From Steroidobacteraceae bacterium (GTDB lineage Bacteria; Pseudomonadota; Gammaproteobacteria; Steroidobacterales; Steroidobacteraceae): 64,000 nt of DNA. The notes below the pieces were generated by a model. The model worked only from the letters and a program-made list of their open reading frames with translations. It was not told the origin of the DNA and did no database searches. The first letter of the stretch is position 1; every line of letters starts with the position of its first letter. Shown here piece by piece: positions 53,061-63,663 of the stretch. The translations under genes and the position numbers were made by a program. The stretch is taken from assembly GCA_049841155.1 (NCBI GenBank), contig JASGHI010000004.1, positions 433,477 through 497,476 on the forward strand, read 5' to 3'.

Positions 53061-54755
53061 TTACGCTCCCACTGCCTTGCCCGGTTCGGGCAGCAGCCCG
53101 CGTGCATCCGCACGCCGCACCGCCGACAGCACCGCGAGAATGGAGGCGGTGATGATGTTGGCATGCACGCCCACGCCGAACAGCGTCACCCGCGAGGGCG
53201 TGGTGATCTCGACGAAGGCCACGGCCCTGGCTTCGCTGCCGTTGCCGATGGACTTCTCCTCGTAGGAGAGCACGTCGAAGGGCAGCCCCAGCGCATGCAC
53301 CAGCGCGTCGATGGGTCCGTTGCCGCGGCCGGTGAGCTGCATGGGCTGGCCGCCGCGCACCACGTTGAGCGTGAGCTGTTCGCCATCGCTGCCGTCGGTG
53401 GCCGTGACCAGGTGGTGGCCGCGGTACTGGTATTCGCGGCCTTCATGCGCAATGTATTCCTTCTCGAACAGCTCCCAGATCTGCGGCGCGGTGACCTCCT
53501 TGCCGCTGGAATCTGTCACCGCCTGCACGGCCGGGCTGAACTCGATCTGCAGCCGTCGCGGCAATGACAGGCCGTATTCCTGCTCGAGCAGGTAGGTCAC
53601 GCCGCCCTTGCCGGACTGGCTGTTCACGCGGATCACCGATTCATAAGTGCGCCCCACGTCGCGCGGATCGATGGGCAGGTAGGGGATTTCCCACAGGTCG
53701 CTTTCCTGGCGCTCAGCGAAGCCTTTGCGGATGGCGTCCTGGTGGGAGCCGGAGAATGCCGTGAACACCAGGTCGCCCACGTAGGGGTGGCGCGGATGGA
53801 TGGGCAGCTGGTTGCAGTATTCGACCAGCCGCGCCGCCTCGTTGATGTTCGAGAAATCGAGGCCGGGATTGACGCCCTGGGTGTAGAGATTCAGCGCCAG
53901 CGTGACGATGTCCACATTGCCGGTGCGCTCTCCATTGCCGAACAGCGTGCCTTCCACGCGGTCGGCGCCGGCCATCAGGCCCAGTTCCGCCGCTGCCACG
54001 CCGGTGCCGCGGTCATTGTGCGGGTGCAGGCTGATGACGGCGCAGTCGCGCCGCTTCATGTTGCGACAGAACCATTCGATCTGGTCGGCGTAAATGTTCG
54101 GCGTCGCGACTTCCACCGTCGACGGCAGGTTCAGGATCAGCGGCTTCTGCGGCGTGGGCTGGAATACGTCCATCACCGCCTCGCAGACCTCCAGCGCGAA
54201 ATCCTGCTCGGTGAAGGAGAAGGTCTCCGGGGAATACTCGAAGGACCAGTCCGTTTCCGGCTGCGCGGCGGCCAGCTCCCGGATCAGCTTCGCCGCATCC
54301 ACGGCGAGCTTCACGGTGGCGGGCTTGTCCTGCCGGAACACCACGCGGCGGAACACCGGCGCAGTGGCGTTGTAATAGTGGAGGATGGCGCGCTTGGCGC
54401 CCTTCAGGGATTCGAAGGTGCGGCGGATCAGGTCCGGCCGTGCCTGGGTCAGCACCTGGATGGTGACGTCGTCCGGCACCATGTCCTTCTCGATCAGCTC
54501 GCGGATGAAGTCGAAATCCGTCTGCGAGGCCGAGGGGAATCCCACCTCGATCTGCTTGAAGCCGGTGGCCACCAGCAGGGCGAACATGCGGCGCTTGCGC
54601 TCGGCATCCATGGGCTCGATGAGCGCCTGGTTGCCGTCGCGCAGGTCCACGCTGCACCACAGCGGCGGGTTGGTGATCTGGGCATCGGGCCAGCGCCGGC
54701 CGCGCAAGGGCTCGATGGTGAACGGGCGGTACTTCTTGGAAGGATCCTTCAACAT
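53061..54755 (-). CDS. leuA: 2-isopropylmalate synthase (long, LeuA type 2)
   Basis: 564 aa. [24 protein letters not shown] and the C-terminal LeuA dimerisation/regulatory domain. Confidence 0.93.
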   Translation of the reverse strand: MLKDPSKKYRPFTIEPLRGRRWPDAQITNPPLWCSVDLRDGNQALIEPMDAERKRRMFALLVATGFKQIEVGFPSASQTDFDFIRELIEKDMVPDDVTIQVLTQARPDLIRRTFESLKGAKRAILHYYNATAPVFRRVVFRQDKPATVKLAVDAAKLIRELAAAQPETDWSFEYSPETFSFTEQDFALEVCEAVMDVFQPTPQKPLILNLPSTVEVATPNIYADQIEWFCRNMKRRDCAVISLHPHNDRGTGVAAAELGLMAGADRVEGTLFGNGERTGNVDIVTLALNLYTQGVNPGLDFSNINEAARLVEYCNQLPIHPRHPYVGDLVFTAFSGSHQDAIRKGFAERQESDLWEIPYLPIDPRDVGRTYESVIRVNSQSGKGGVTYLLEQEYGLSLPRRLQIEFSPAVQAVTDSSGKEVTAPQIWELFEKEYIAHEGREYQYRGHHLVTATDGSDGEQLTLNVVRGGQPMQLTGRGNGPIDALVHALGLPFDVLSYEEKSIGNGSEARAVAFVEITTPSRVTLFGVGVHANIITASILAVLSAVRRADARGLLPEPGKAVGA

Positions 54756-54986
54756 GGTCGGCTCCAGTTCGACTCATCCCGCGTCGGATCGGGGGCGGCC
54801 CGCCGCGCGTGGACGGTCGGGGACGGTACGGAACTTGGAAAATGATGCGCCGGGGGCGCTGCAGAGTCGATCAGTGCGCCGGGCGGCGCAGGTGCAGGCG
54901 CGCCGCCAGCAACTCGCTGCCGGAGGAGGCAGAAACGATTGTGTGCTGCGGGTGACGCATGCACCGCAGACTAGCAGGCATGGCCG

Positions 54987-55006
54987 GGCGCTGCAATTGC
55001 GGCGCC
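54987..55006 (-). terminator. Hairpin just downstream of rpiA (GGCGCUGC-AAUU-GCGGCGCC)
   Basis: 8-bp stem (one G-U pair) centred on the palindrome GCAATTGC, 11 nt after the rpiA stop. No U-tract. Confidence 0.3.
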
Positions 55007-55016
55007 GCGGCATCGC

Positions 55017-55688
55017 TCAGGCCGGCTTTTCGATCCGGCTGACTCCCTGCGCAGAGCCCACCAGGAGCAGGTCCGCCGGCCGATGGGCGAACAGGCCCAC
55101 GGTGACCACCCCGGCGATCTGATTGATCGCAGTCTCCATGACCCGGGGCTCGTCGATGGCGAGGTCATGAACATCGAGGATGTGGTTGCCGTTGTCGGTG
55201 GTCACCCCTTCGCGGTACACGGGCCTCCCGCCCAGCCGGGCGAGCTCGCGGGCCACGAGGTTGCGTGCCATCGGAATCACCTCCACCGGCAGGGGGAAGC
55301 GGCCAAGCCGGGTGACCAGCTTGCTCTGGTCGACGATGCAGATGAAACGGCGCGCCGCGGCGGCCACGATCTTCTCGCGGGTCAACGCAGCGCCACCGCC
55401 CTTGATCAGTTCCAGTTCGCCATTGGCCTCGTCGGCTCCATCTATATAGAGAGCGAGGTCCTGCACCTGGTTCAGGTCCAGCACTGGTACCCCCAGCTCG
55501 CGCAGCCGGTGGCTGGATGCTTCGGAACTGGATACGGCGCCGCGCAACCGCGGCGCCCAGGGCGCCAGCTGATCGAGCAGTGCATTGACCGTGGACCCGG
55601 TGCCCACGCCGAGCACCATGCCGTCTTCGAGATAGGCCAGTGCCGCGGCTGCGACCTGGCGCTTCAATTGCTGCTGTTCTTTGCTCAT
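55017..55688 (-). CDS. rpiA: Ribose-5-phosphate isomerase A
   Basis: 223 aa from the ATG at 55688. GVGTGST, DGADE and [11 protein letters not shown] motifs. The longer tracked ORF would run through upstream hairpins. Confidence 0.92.
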   Translation of the reverse strand: MSKEQQQLKRQVAAAALAYLEDGMVLGVGTGSTVNALLDQLAPWAPRLRGAVSSSEASSHRLRELGVPVLDLNQVQDLALYIDGADEANGELELIKGGGAALTREKIVAAAARRFICIVDQSKLVTRLGRFPLPVEVIPMARNLVARELARLGGRPVYREGVTTDNGNHILDVHDLAIDEPRVMETAINQIAGVVTVGLFAHRPADLLLVGSAQGVSRIEKPA

Positions 55689-55714
55689 CGATGTTTTGCC
55701 GGGTCCGGAAACGA

Positions 55715-55738
55715 CTGTGCCCGCTTTCGCGGGCACAG
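55715..55738 (-). terminator. 10-bp GC-rich hairpin with GAAA loop (terminator/attenuator) between the micro-ORF and rpiA
   Basis: On the minus strand: CTGTGCCCGC-GAAA-GCGGGCACAG followed by TCGTTTCC. A second 9-bp hairpin lies at 55760-55793. Confidence 0.5.
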
Positions 55739-55803
55739 TGGTTAGTAGCTTTCTGGTGATTCGGCGGGGGGATTCACATCCACACCCGCCGAACACCATC
55801 GAG

Positions 55804-55854
55804 TTACTTCTTCTTGGCGGCCTTTTTCTTGGCCTTCTTCTTGGCTTTCGCCAT
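55804..55854 (-). CDS. Candidate 16-aa poly-lysine micro-protein or leader peptide ([16 protein letters not shown])
   Basis: ATG preceded by GGAGA with a 6-nt spacer, a TAA stop and host-like codon choice (AAG/GCC). An AT-rich promoter-like island lies upstream and two hairpins lie downstream. Too short for the ORF track. Confidence 0.4.
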   Translation of the reverse strand: MAKAKKKAKKKAAKKK

Positions 55855-55952
55855 GAGAGTTCTCCAGTTACAGGTTAGTCCGGGGATCGAGTATATACAC
55901 GCGTTGCCAAATTACAAGCAAGCGTGTTAGCCACGTTGCACTCAGGCAACGC

Positions 55953-56441
55953 TCATCGACGACCAGAAGAAGCGGGACGAGTGAGCGAGAGGATGAACTT
56001 CCAGTGCTTCGCATCCACTGGTGTGATCGAAAGCCGGTTGCCACGGCGCAGCAGCCACATGCCCGCAAGCTCTTCGTCGGCGTATGCGCGCAACCGCTCG
56101 AGCGTCAGCAGTGGTTCGATGCGTTGCTTCAGTCGTACATCAACCGTGTACCAAAGCGGCTTGTTTTCAGGGCTTTTTGCATCGTAGTACTCGCTGCGGC
56201 GATCCCATGCGCTGGCATCGGGATAGCCGCTGCGGACAACCTCGACCACTGCGGCGATGCCCGGCTGCGGGCAGGAAGAGTGATAGAAGAACGCCAGATC
56301 ACCGGCCTGCATCTGGTCCCGAAGCATGTTGCGTGCCTGGAAGTTGCGCACGCCTTCCCAGCTGGTGCACTGACCCGGCGCGTGCTCGAGGTCGTCGATG
56401 CCGAAGGTCGAGGGTTCGGTTTTCATCAGCCAGTGCTTCAT
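55953..56441 (-). CDS. EVE-domain protein (PUA-like, thymocyte nuclear protein 1 family)
   Basis: 162 aa. MKHWLMKTEPSTF...W.GVRN.QARN.LR..M..GD..FFYHS is the EVE/DUF55 signature. Confidence 0.85.
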   Translation of the reverse strand: MKHWLMKTEPSTFGIDDLEHAPGQCTSWEGVRNFQARNMLRDQMQAGDLAFFYHSSCPQPGIAAVVEVVRSGYPDASAWDRRSEYYDAKSPENKPLWYTVDVRLKQRIEPLLTLERLRAYADEELAGMWLLRRGNRLSITPVDAKHWKFILSLTRPASSGRR

Positions 56442-56514
56442 GTTCCTCTTCCTGCGCGGCTTGGCGCGGTGAGTACTGCGTCACAGATGCGGCAGTGCGG
56501 CGCAAAGGAGGAAA

Positions 56515-56705
56515 GGCGCCACCCGCCTGTGCCGGTGCGGATCGTTGCTCTCGAACCGGAGCAACAGGTGGGGCAGGCTGACCGCAGGTAAGGCTTCCCG
56601 CTCGAGGCGGACATGCACAGTGCTGCCGAAAGCCGGGCCCCTTGGGTGTTTCAATTAGGGTCCGAGGTAACCCGATCCACGTGTCGAACACCGCAGGTGG
56701 CGCAA
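56515..56705 (-). ncRNA. ssrS: 6S RNA (approximate ends)
   Basis: Non-coding gap directly downstream of zapA, the conserved gammaproteobacterial position. The 5' GCCACC pairs with the 3' GGTGGC (closing stem). An internal GGGAAGCCTTACCTGCGG resembles E. coli GAGAAGCCUUAAAACUGCG. The 3'-bubble hairpin is GTTGCTC-cggttc-GAGCAAC. Confidence 0.7.
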
Positions 56706-56715
56706 TGCCACTCTA

Positions 56716-57033
56716 CTACAGTTCGAGTTGCTGGCTGCGGGCCACTGCCTTCTCGACGCGCTCGCGCAGATGGCGCACGCGGGTGCCGACCTGGACCTCG
56801 AGGTGGTGGTCCTTGGCCTTCAGGCGCGCAAGGTCATTGGCCATGTTCAGGGCGGCCATCACCACCATGCGTTCGATGCCGATCACCTTGCCGGTTTCGC
56901 GGATGCTGCGCAGGCGCTCGTTCAGCAGGGCGGCGGATTCGAGCAGCGCGGCGCGCTCCTCCGGCGGACAGGCGATGAGGTAGTCCTTTTCGAGGATCTG
57001 CACGGTGACCGGAGCGCCGTCCGCGTCGTTCAT
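56716..57033 (-). CDS. zapA: Cell division protein ZapA
   Basis: 105 aa. VTVQILEKDYLIACPPEE...L..AA..LNERL...R pattern. Its start overlaps the stop of the upstream coiled-coil gene. Confidence 0.88.
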   Translation of the reverse strand: MNDADGAPVTVQILEKDYLIACPPEERAALLESAALLNERLRSIRETGKVIGIERMVVMAALNMANDLARLKAKDHHLEVQVGTRVRHLRERVEKAVARSQQLEL

Positions 57034-57266
57034 GTGCCGGACTCCATGGTGCGCAGGCGGCCGATGATGGCGTCGACGCGGGCGCGGACCTGCTCGTTCT
57101 TCTGCAGCAGGGTGGCGCGCTCGGTGGACAGCGAGTCCTGGCGGTTGCGCAGTGCGCGGTTTTCTTCCTGCAGCTGGGCCACGACGGCGAGCAGCTCGTC
57201 GAGCCGCTGTTCCAGGTGGCGCAGTTCGGTTTCGATCGGCATGCTGTTCTTGTTGTCTGGCATCAC
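57030..57266 (-). CDS. Coiled-coil protein, ZapB-like (TIGR02449-type)
   Basis: 78 aa with heptad-rich sequence (LEQRLDELLAVVAQLQEENRALRNRQDSL). Sits immediately upstream of zapA as in Pseudomonas and Xanthomonas. Confidence 0.6.
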   Translation of the reverse strand: MMPDNKNSMPIETELRHLEQRLDELLAVVAQLQEENRALRNRQDSLSTERATLLQKNEQVRARVDAIIGRLRTMESGT

Positions 57267-57336
57267 GGCGGATAGTGCCCTTGCCGCCCGGAGCGGTCAA
57301 TCCACGCCGCGAAGGATGAGGCATAATCCGGCGCGG

Positions 57337-57900
57337 ATGATCGCAAGCAACCTGGCATTCGAAGACCTGCAGCGCGTACTGGTGCAGCAACGCGCGCTCA
57401 CCGATGCGGCCGAGGCCCATGGCGTGCTGGTCGGCGCGCTGTGCGCCATGACCTGCTCTCTGGACGACTGGATGGCTGAAATCCTGCCGGAGGGGCGTGC
57501 GGACCGGGCCGGTGCCGCCAGCCTCAGGGCCATCTTCGACTCCACCTGCGGCACGCTTGGCGACGACAATCTCGCATTCGAGCCGCTGCTGCCCTCCGAC
57601 GATGCATCCATCGGCGAGCGCACCGCGGCGCTGGGGGAATGGTGCCAGGGTTTCCTTTATGGATTGGGCAGCGGTTGCGTGCCCGACCCTGCTGCTATGG
57701 ATGCCGAGGCTGCCGAGGTGTTGCGCGACCTCACCGAGATCTCGCAGGTGGAGGCCGATATGGGCGACGACATCGAGACCAACGAGGAGGCCTATGCCGA
57801 ACTCGTGGAGTTCGTGCGCGTCGGGGTGCAGCTGATCTATGCGCACCTGACGCCGCTGCGCGAGCTGCCGTCCCCCGGTCCACGGGAATCGCTGCATTGA
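57337..57900 (+). CDS. ygfB: UPF0149 family protein YgfB
   Basis: 187 aa. AEAHG.L.G..C and C-terminal acidic EAYAELVEFVRVG blocks. Conserved position divergent from zapA and upstream of pepP. Confidence 0.8.
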   Translation: MIASNLAFEDLQRVLVQQRALTDAAEAHGVLVGALCAMTCSLDDWMAEILPEGRADRAGAASLRAIFDSTCGTLGDDNLAFEPLLPSDDASIGERTAALGEWCQGFLYGLGSGCVPDPAAMDAEAAEVLRDLTEISQVEADMGDDIETNEEAYAELVEFVRVGVQLIYAHLTPLRELPSPGPRESLH

Positions 57901-57938
57901 GCGCCGCCCGCGTCAAGGCCCTGCGGCAACCCTCCCGG

Positions 57939-59249
57939 GTGGTTGCATCGCAGGCTGAATTCGCCCGCCGGCGGCGGCAGCTGATGAAGATGATGGGGCG
58001 TGGCGCCATCGCCATCCTGCCGGCCGCACCCGTGCGTCACCGCAACAGCGACGTCGAGTACGCCTACCGCCAGGACAGTGATTTCCACTATCTCACCGGC
58101 TTCCCGGAACCCGAAGCCGTGGCGGTGCTGGTGCCGGGGCGGGCGGCTGCCGAATACGTGCTCTTCGTCCGGGACCGCGATCCGCTGCGCGAGACCTGGG
58201 ATGGCCGGCGTGCGGGACCCGCCGGCGCCGTTGCGCGCTTCGGTGCGGATGATGCCTTTCCGATCTCCGACATCGACGAAATCCTCCCGGGGCTTCTGGA
58301 GAACCGGGAGCGCGTCTACTACGCCATGGGCCATGCGGAGTTCGACCAGCGGATGCTGGCCTGGCTGGCGCAGCTGCGCAGCCAGGCGCCGCGGCAGGGC
58401 CGGCATCCGCCGCAGGAGATCGCCGCGCTGGACCATGTGCTGCACGACATGCGGCTGTACAAGAGCCGCACGGAAATCGCGCTGATGCGCGAGTCCGGCC
58501 GCATCGCGGCGGCCGCGCAGCTGCGCGCCATGCGCTTCTGCCGGCCCGGCCGCTACGAATACGAGATCATGGCCGAACTGGTGCACGAATACCGGCGCCA
58601 CAACGCCGATACCTCCTACCACCCCATCTGTGGCGGCGGCGCCAATACCTGCATCCTGCATTACAACGAGAACGATGCCATGCTGCGGGACGGCGACCTG
58701 CTGCTGGTGGATGCCGGCTGTGAATACCAGTACTACGCCTCGGACATCACGCGTACCTGGCCGGTGAACGGCCGCTTCACGCCGGCGCAGCGCGCGGTGT
58801 ACGAAGTGGTGCTGGCCGCGCAGAGCGCGGCCATCGCGCGGGTGAAGCCCGGCAACCACTGGAACGAGCCGCACGAAGCGGCCGTGCAGGTGATCACGCA
58901 GGGCCTGGTGGAGCTGGGCCTGCTGAAGGGGCGTGTGCCGGCCCTGATCAAATCCGAGGCCTACCGGCGCTTCTATATGCACCGCACGGGGCACTGGCTG
59001 GGGCTGGATGTGCACGACGTCGGTGACTACCGCGTCGGCGAGCAGTGGCGCGTGCTCGAACCCGGCATGGTGATGACGGTCGAGCCGGGCATCTACATCC
59101 CGGCCGGCTCGCGCGGCGTGCCGAAGCGTTTCTGGGACATCGGCATCCGCATCGAGGACGATGTGGCGGTTACCGCCGATGGCCACGAGATCCTCACCGA
59201 CGACGTGCCGCGCACCGTCGGGGAGATCGAGGCCGCGATGGCGGCCTAG
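57939..59249 (+). CDS. pepP: Xaa-Pro aminopeptidase
   Basis: About 436 aa. The GTG at 57939 aligns (M)VASQAEFARRRRQL with E. coli MSEISRQEFQRRRQAL. A TTG at 57897 is an alternative. Metal ligands are in the DAGCEY..YASDITRT, HGTGHWLG and EPGIY blocks. Confidence 0.88.
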   Translation: MVASQAEFARRRRQLMKMMGRGAIAILPAAPVRHRNSDVEYAYRQDSDFHYLTGFPEPEAVAVLVPGRAAAEYVLFVRDRDPLRETWDGRRAGPAGAVARFGADDAFPISDIDEILPGLLENRERVYYAMGHAEFDQRMLAWLAQLRSQAPRQGRHPPQEIAALDHVLHDMRLYKSRTEIALMRESGRIAAAAQLRAMRFCRPGRYEYEIMAELVHEYRRHNADTSYHPICGGGANTCILHYNENDAMLRDGDLLLVDAGCEYQYYASDITRTWPVNGRFTPAQRAVYEVVLAAQSAAIARVKPGNHWNEPHEAAVQVITQGLVELGLLKGRVPALIKSEAYRRFYMHRTGHWLGLDVHDVGDYRVGEQWRVLEPGMVMTVEPGIYIPAGSRGVPKRFWDIGIRIEDDVAVTADGHEILTDDVPRTVGEIEAAMAA

Positions 59250-59260
59250 GCCTGCCTGCC

Positions 59261-60505
59261 ATGGCAAATACGGCGATGCCGCAGCAAGTTTTCGACATCG
59301 CCATCGTCGGTGGGGGGCTGGTCGGCGCAAGCCTTGCCGCCGCGTTGCGCGGCTCGCATCACAAGGTGCTGCTGGTGGAGGCTTTTGCGCCCGATTCCGC
59401 TGCGCAGCCGAGCTTCGATGAGCGCACTACGGCGCTGGGCAATGCCAGCCGCAGGATCTTCGAGGGCCTCGGCGTATGGCAGGCGCTGCTGCCGCAGGCT
59501 GCGGCCATCACCCGAATCCATGTTTCCGACGCCGGGCGCTTCGGCACGGCGCTGCTTGTGGCCGAGGCGCTGGATGTGGCGGCGCTGGGTTATGTAGTGC
59601 CGAACCGGGCCATCGGCCACGCGCTGTGGCAGTCGCTGGCGGGCGCCGCGAACCTCAGCTGCGCCATGCCGGCGCGGCTGGAAACGGTGACGCTGCAGGA
59701 GGATTGTGCGCTGGTGGGCATTGTCGATGCGCAGGGCCGCAGCGAGGCGCGGGCGCGCCTGGTGATCGCCGCCGACGGTGTGCATTCGCAGGTGCGCGCC
59801 GCGGCGCGCATCGGCATGCAGACGCATGACTACGGGCAGCACGCCATCGTCGCGGCGCTGCGCACCGACCGCAGCAACGATGGCACGGCCTTCGAGCGTT
59901 TCACGGCTGCCGGGCCGATGGCGCTGCTGCCCCTGACCGTTCCTGGCGCTGCCGGATGGCGCACGCTGGTGTGGGCAGCGCGGCCCGAAGATGCCCGCCG
60001 GCTCATGGCGCTGGAGCCGGAAAGTTTTCTCGCCAGCTGGCAGCAGGCCTTCGGCTGGCGCGCCGGCCGCGCGCTGCAGCTGGGACCGCGCAATGTCTAT
60101 CCGCTGGCGCTGTCGCGGGCCGATGCCTCGCATGCGCCGCGTGTTGCGCTGATCGGCAATGCTGCACAGGCGCAGCATCCGGTGGCAGGGCAAGGCTTCA
60201 ATCTGGGGCTGCGTGATGCCGCGGAGCTGGCCGAGCGTCTGCTCATCCACCGGGGAGATCCGGGAGATCCCGCGCTGCTCGCCGGTTTCGCCGCGGCGCG
60301 CGAGGCAGACCGGCGTGGCGTGATGCAATTCACGGACACCCTGGTACGTGCCTTTTCCGATCAGCGGCACGGCGTGGGTGCGCTGCGCGATGCGGGCCTC
60401 CTGTTTTTTGATCTGCTGCCGCCGGCCAAGCGGTTGCTGAGCCGCGTCAGTCTCGGGTTCGGCGGGAGCAGTCCGCGGCTGGCGCGCGGGGCCGGGTTGC
60501 CATGA
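59261..60505 (+). CDS. ubiH: 2-octaprenyl-6-methoxyphenol hydroxylase (FAD monooxygenase)
   Basis: 414 aa from the ATG at 59261. FDIAIVGGGLVGASLA, DG..S and GNAAQ..HP.AGQG.N.G..D motifs. Conserved pepP-ubiH-ubiI order. Confidence 0.85.
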   Translation: MANTAMPQQVFDIAIVGGGLVGASLAAALRGSHHKVLLVEAFAPDSAAQPSFDERTTALGNASRRIFEGLGVWQALLPQAAAITRIHVSDAGRFGTALLVAEALDVAALGYVVPNRAIGHALWQSLAGAANLSCAMPARLETVTLQEDCALVGIVDAQGRSEARARLVIAADGVHSQVRAAARIGMQTHDYGQHAIVAALRTDRSNDGTAFERFTAAGPMALLPLTVPGAAGWRTLVWAARPEDARRLMALEPESFLASWQQAFGWRAGRALQLGPRNVYPLALSRADASHAPRVALIGNAAQAQHPVAGQGFNLGLRDAAELAERLLIHRGDPGDPALLAGFAAAREADRRGVMQFTDTLVRAFSDQRHGVGALRDAGLLFFDLLPPAKRLLSRVSLGFGGSSPRLARGAGLP

Positions 60506-61701
60506 AAGCCGATGTCCGGATCGCGATAGTGGGCGGCGGAATCGTCGGCAGTGCGCTGGCGCTGCAGCTGCTGCGCGAGGCAGGGCTGGCGGCCGGGGAC
60601 ATCTGCATCTTCGAGCGCGAGCCGCCACGGGAGCCGGCCGCGGACGCGCCGCCCGAGCAGCGCGTCTATGCGCTGTCGCCGGCGAGCATGGAGTTGCTGG
60701 CAGGCATTGGCGTGTGGTCGCGGCTGGACCGCCGGCGCATCGCTGCCATCGAACACATGCGGGTATGTCCCGAGGGGCTTCCTGCAGACAGCCCCGATGC
60801 GCTGCGCTTCGATGCGGCCGAATCGGGCGCTGCGCTGCTCGGCGCCATAGCCGGTGCGCGTGCCGTGCAGGCGGCGCTGCATGCGGCCTGCCGTGACGCG
60901 GGCATCGGCATCGTCAGTGAACCGGTGGAGTCGGTTGAGGTGCTGCCTGCGCCGGTGGTGCGCACGGCTGGCGGCCTCTGTACGGCCGAGCTGCTGGTCG
61001 GCGCCGATGGCGCGCGCTCGGCGGTGCGCGCCGCGGCAGGCATTGCCGCGCATGAACGCGACTATGGCCAGACCGGCATCGTCGCCACCGTGCAGGCGCA
61101 GCGCCCGCCGGTGGCCACTGCGTTCCAGCGTTTCCTCGACACCGGGCCACTGGCGCTGCTGCCGCTGCCCGGAGGATTGCTGTCCATCGTGTGGTCGGCG
61201 ACGGCATCGCGCGCCGAACAACTTCTGGCGCTCGATGATGCGGCGTTCTCTGCCGAGCTCACACGCTCTGCGGCCGCGGGCTTCGGCGAGCTTGTGCTGT
61301 GCGGTCCGCGCGCCGCCTTTGCCCTGCGGCGGCTGCAGGCTGCGCAGTACGTGGCCGGGCCCTGCGTGCTGGTCGGAGATGCTGCCCATGTGATCCACCC
61401 GCTCGCGGGGCAGGGCGTGAACCAGGGGCTGGGTGATGCACGGGCCCTGGCGGCAGCCCTGGCTGGCCGGCCGCGTGGCGAGGGTGTGGCGGCGCGGCGT
61501 GCGCTGCGCCGCTATGAGCGCGAGCGGCGGCTGGACAACGCCTTGATGGGGACGGTGGTGGATTCGCTGGACCGGATGTTCACCGGTGGCGGAGCGCTTG
61601 CGCAGCTGGCGGGGCGGGGGATGGCGCTGGCCGGGCAGGTGCCGCCGCTGCGCCATGCGCTCATGCGAGGGGCAGCTGGTCGATCTTCGCCGCGCAGATG
61701 A
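60502..61701 (+). CDS. ubiI: UbiH/UbiF/VisC-family ubiquinone biosynthesis hydroxylase
   Basis: 399 aa. VRIAIVGGGIVGSALA, GADGARSAVR and GDAAHVIHPLAGQGVNQGLGD. The start overlaps the ubiH stop (ATGA). Confidence 0.8.
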   Translation: MKADVRIAIVGGGIVGSALALQLLREAGLAAGDICIFEREPPREPAADAPPEQRVYALSPASMELLAGIGVWSRLDRRRIAAIEHMRVCPEGLPADSPDALRFDAAESGAALLGAIAGARAVQAALHAACRDAGIGIVSEPVESVEVLPAPVVRTAGGLCTAELLVGADGARSAVRAAAGIAAHERDYGQTGIVATVQAQRPPVATAFQRFLDTGPLALLPLPGGLLSIVWSATASRAEQLLALDDAAFSAELTRSAAAGFGELVLCGPRAAFALRRLQAAQYVAGPCVLVGDAAHVIHPLAGQGVNQGLGDARALAAALAGRPRGEGVAARRALRRYERERRLDNALMGTVVDSLDRMFTGGGALAQLAGRGMALAGQVPPLRHALMRGAAGRSSPRR

Positions 61702-61998
61702 AGTCGTTCTCCGACAGGCCGCGGATGGCATGCGTGGTGAAGCGCACGCGGCAGTAGCCCCAGCCGAATTCGATGTCCGGATGGTGGTCCTCGATGTTGG
61801 CGATGTGCGCCACCGCGTTGACGAAGCTCTGGGCGCGGAAGAAATCCTTGAAGCGGAATTCGCGGCGGATGGAGCCGGCGTCCACTTCCAGCTGCCAGCC
61901 CTCGTCGAGGCGCTGCAGCACTTCTTCGGCGGCAGCGCGCGACAGCGGCGCAACACCGCCCTCGCAGGGGACACAGCGCCGTTCGGCCAGGGGTTCGC

Positions 61999-62002
<4 letters not shown>
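61661..62002 (-). CDS. phhB: Pterin-4-alpha-carbinolamine dehydratase family protein
   Basis: 113 aa from the ATG at 62002. F.F.DF..A..F...VA..A....HHPD....W..V motif. The ATG overlaps the ispG stop (ATGA). Confidence 0.85.
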
Positions 62003-63234
<1,232 letters not shown>

Positions 63235-63293
63235 TGTACGGTTAGACTGCGCGGCGGACCCGCCCCCGCGCGGGATTGGACAGAATTTCCTGC

Positions 63294-63656
63294 ATGCAGC
63301 GCCCCAAGCCCACCGGCTTCACCCGGATTTTCCGCGCCTACGGCGCCAGTTCACGCGGCCTTGCCGGCGCCTTCCGGGAGGAGGCGGCCTTCCGCCAGGA
63401 ACTCGCCCTGTCGCTGGTGGTCATTCCCCTGGGGCTGTGGCTGGGCCGCGGCGGCGTCGAGAAGGCGCTGCTGGTCGCGCCGATGCTGCTGATCCTCGTC
63501 ATAGAACTGGTCAACAGCGCCATCGAGGCCACGGTGGATCGCGTCGGATTCGAGCACCATGAACTGTCCGGGCTCGCCAAGGACCTGGGCTCGGCGGCGG
63601 TGCTGCTGGGTTTCGTACTGCTGGCCGCCGTGTGGCTGCTGGTCCTGTTTTTCTGA
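63294..63656 (+). CDS. dgkA: Diacylglycerol kinase (prokaryotic DgkA)
   Basis: 120 aa from the ATG at 63294. TGFTRI......G....F..E.AFRQE and [13 protein letters not shown]...E.HELSG.AKD.GSAAV, collinear with E. coli DgkA. Confidence 0.9.
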   Translation: MQRPKPTGFTRIFRAYGASSRGLAGAFREEAAFRQELALSLVVIPLGLWLGRGGVEKALLVAPMLLILVIELVNSAIEATVDRVGFEHHELSGLAKDLGSAAVLLGFVLLAAVWLLVLFF

Positions 63657-63663
63657 GGTAGCG

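Noticed and set aside
56716-57900. Very long ORFs on both strands (393 aa minus, 390 aa plus) spanning zapA, the zapB-like gene and ygfB
   Set aside because: Only the terminal parts correspond to real genes (zapA on minus, ygfB on plus). The remainder is read-through of the opposite-strand genes. The zapB-like gene occupies another minus frame.
59246-61974. Minus-strand ORFs of 460 aa and 537 aa over ubiH and ubiI
   Set aside because: They lie antisense to two FAD-monooxygenase genes in conserved pepP-ubiH-ubiI synteny. Their composition is Arg/Ala/Pro-rich.
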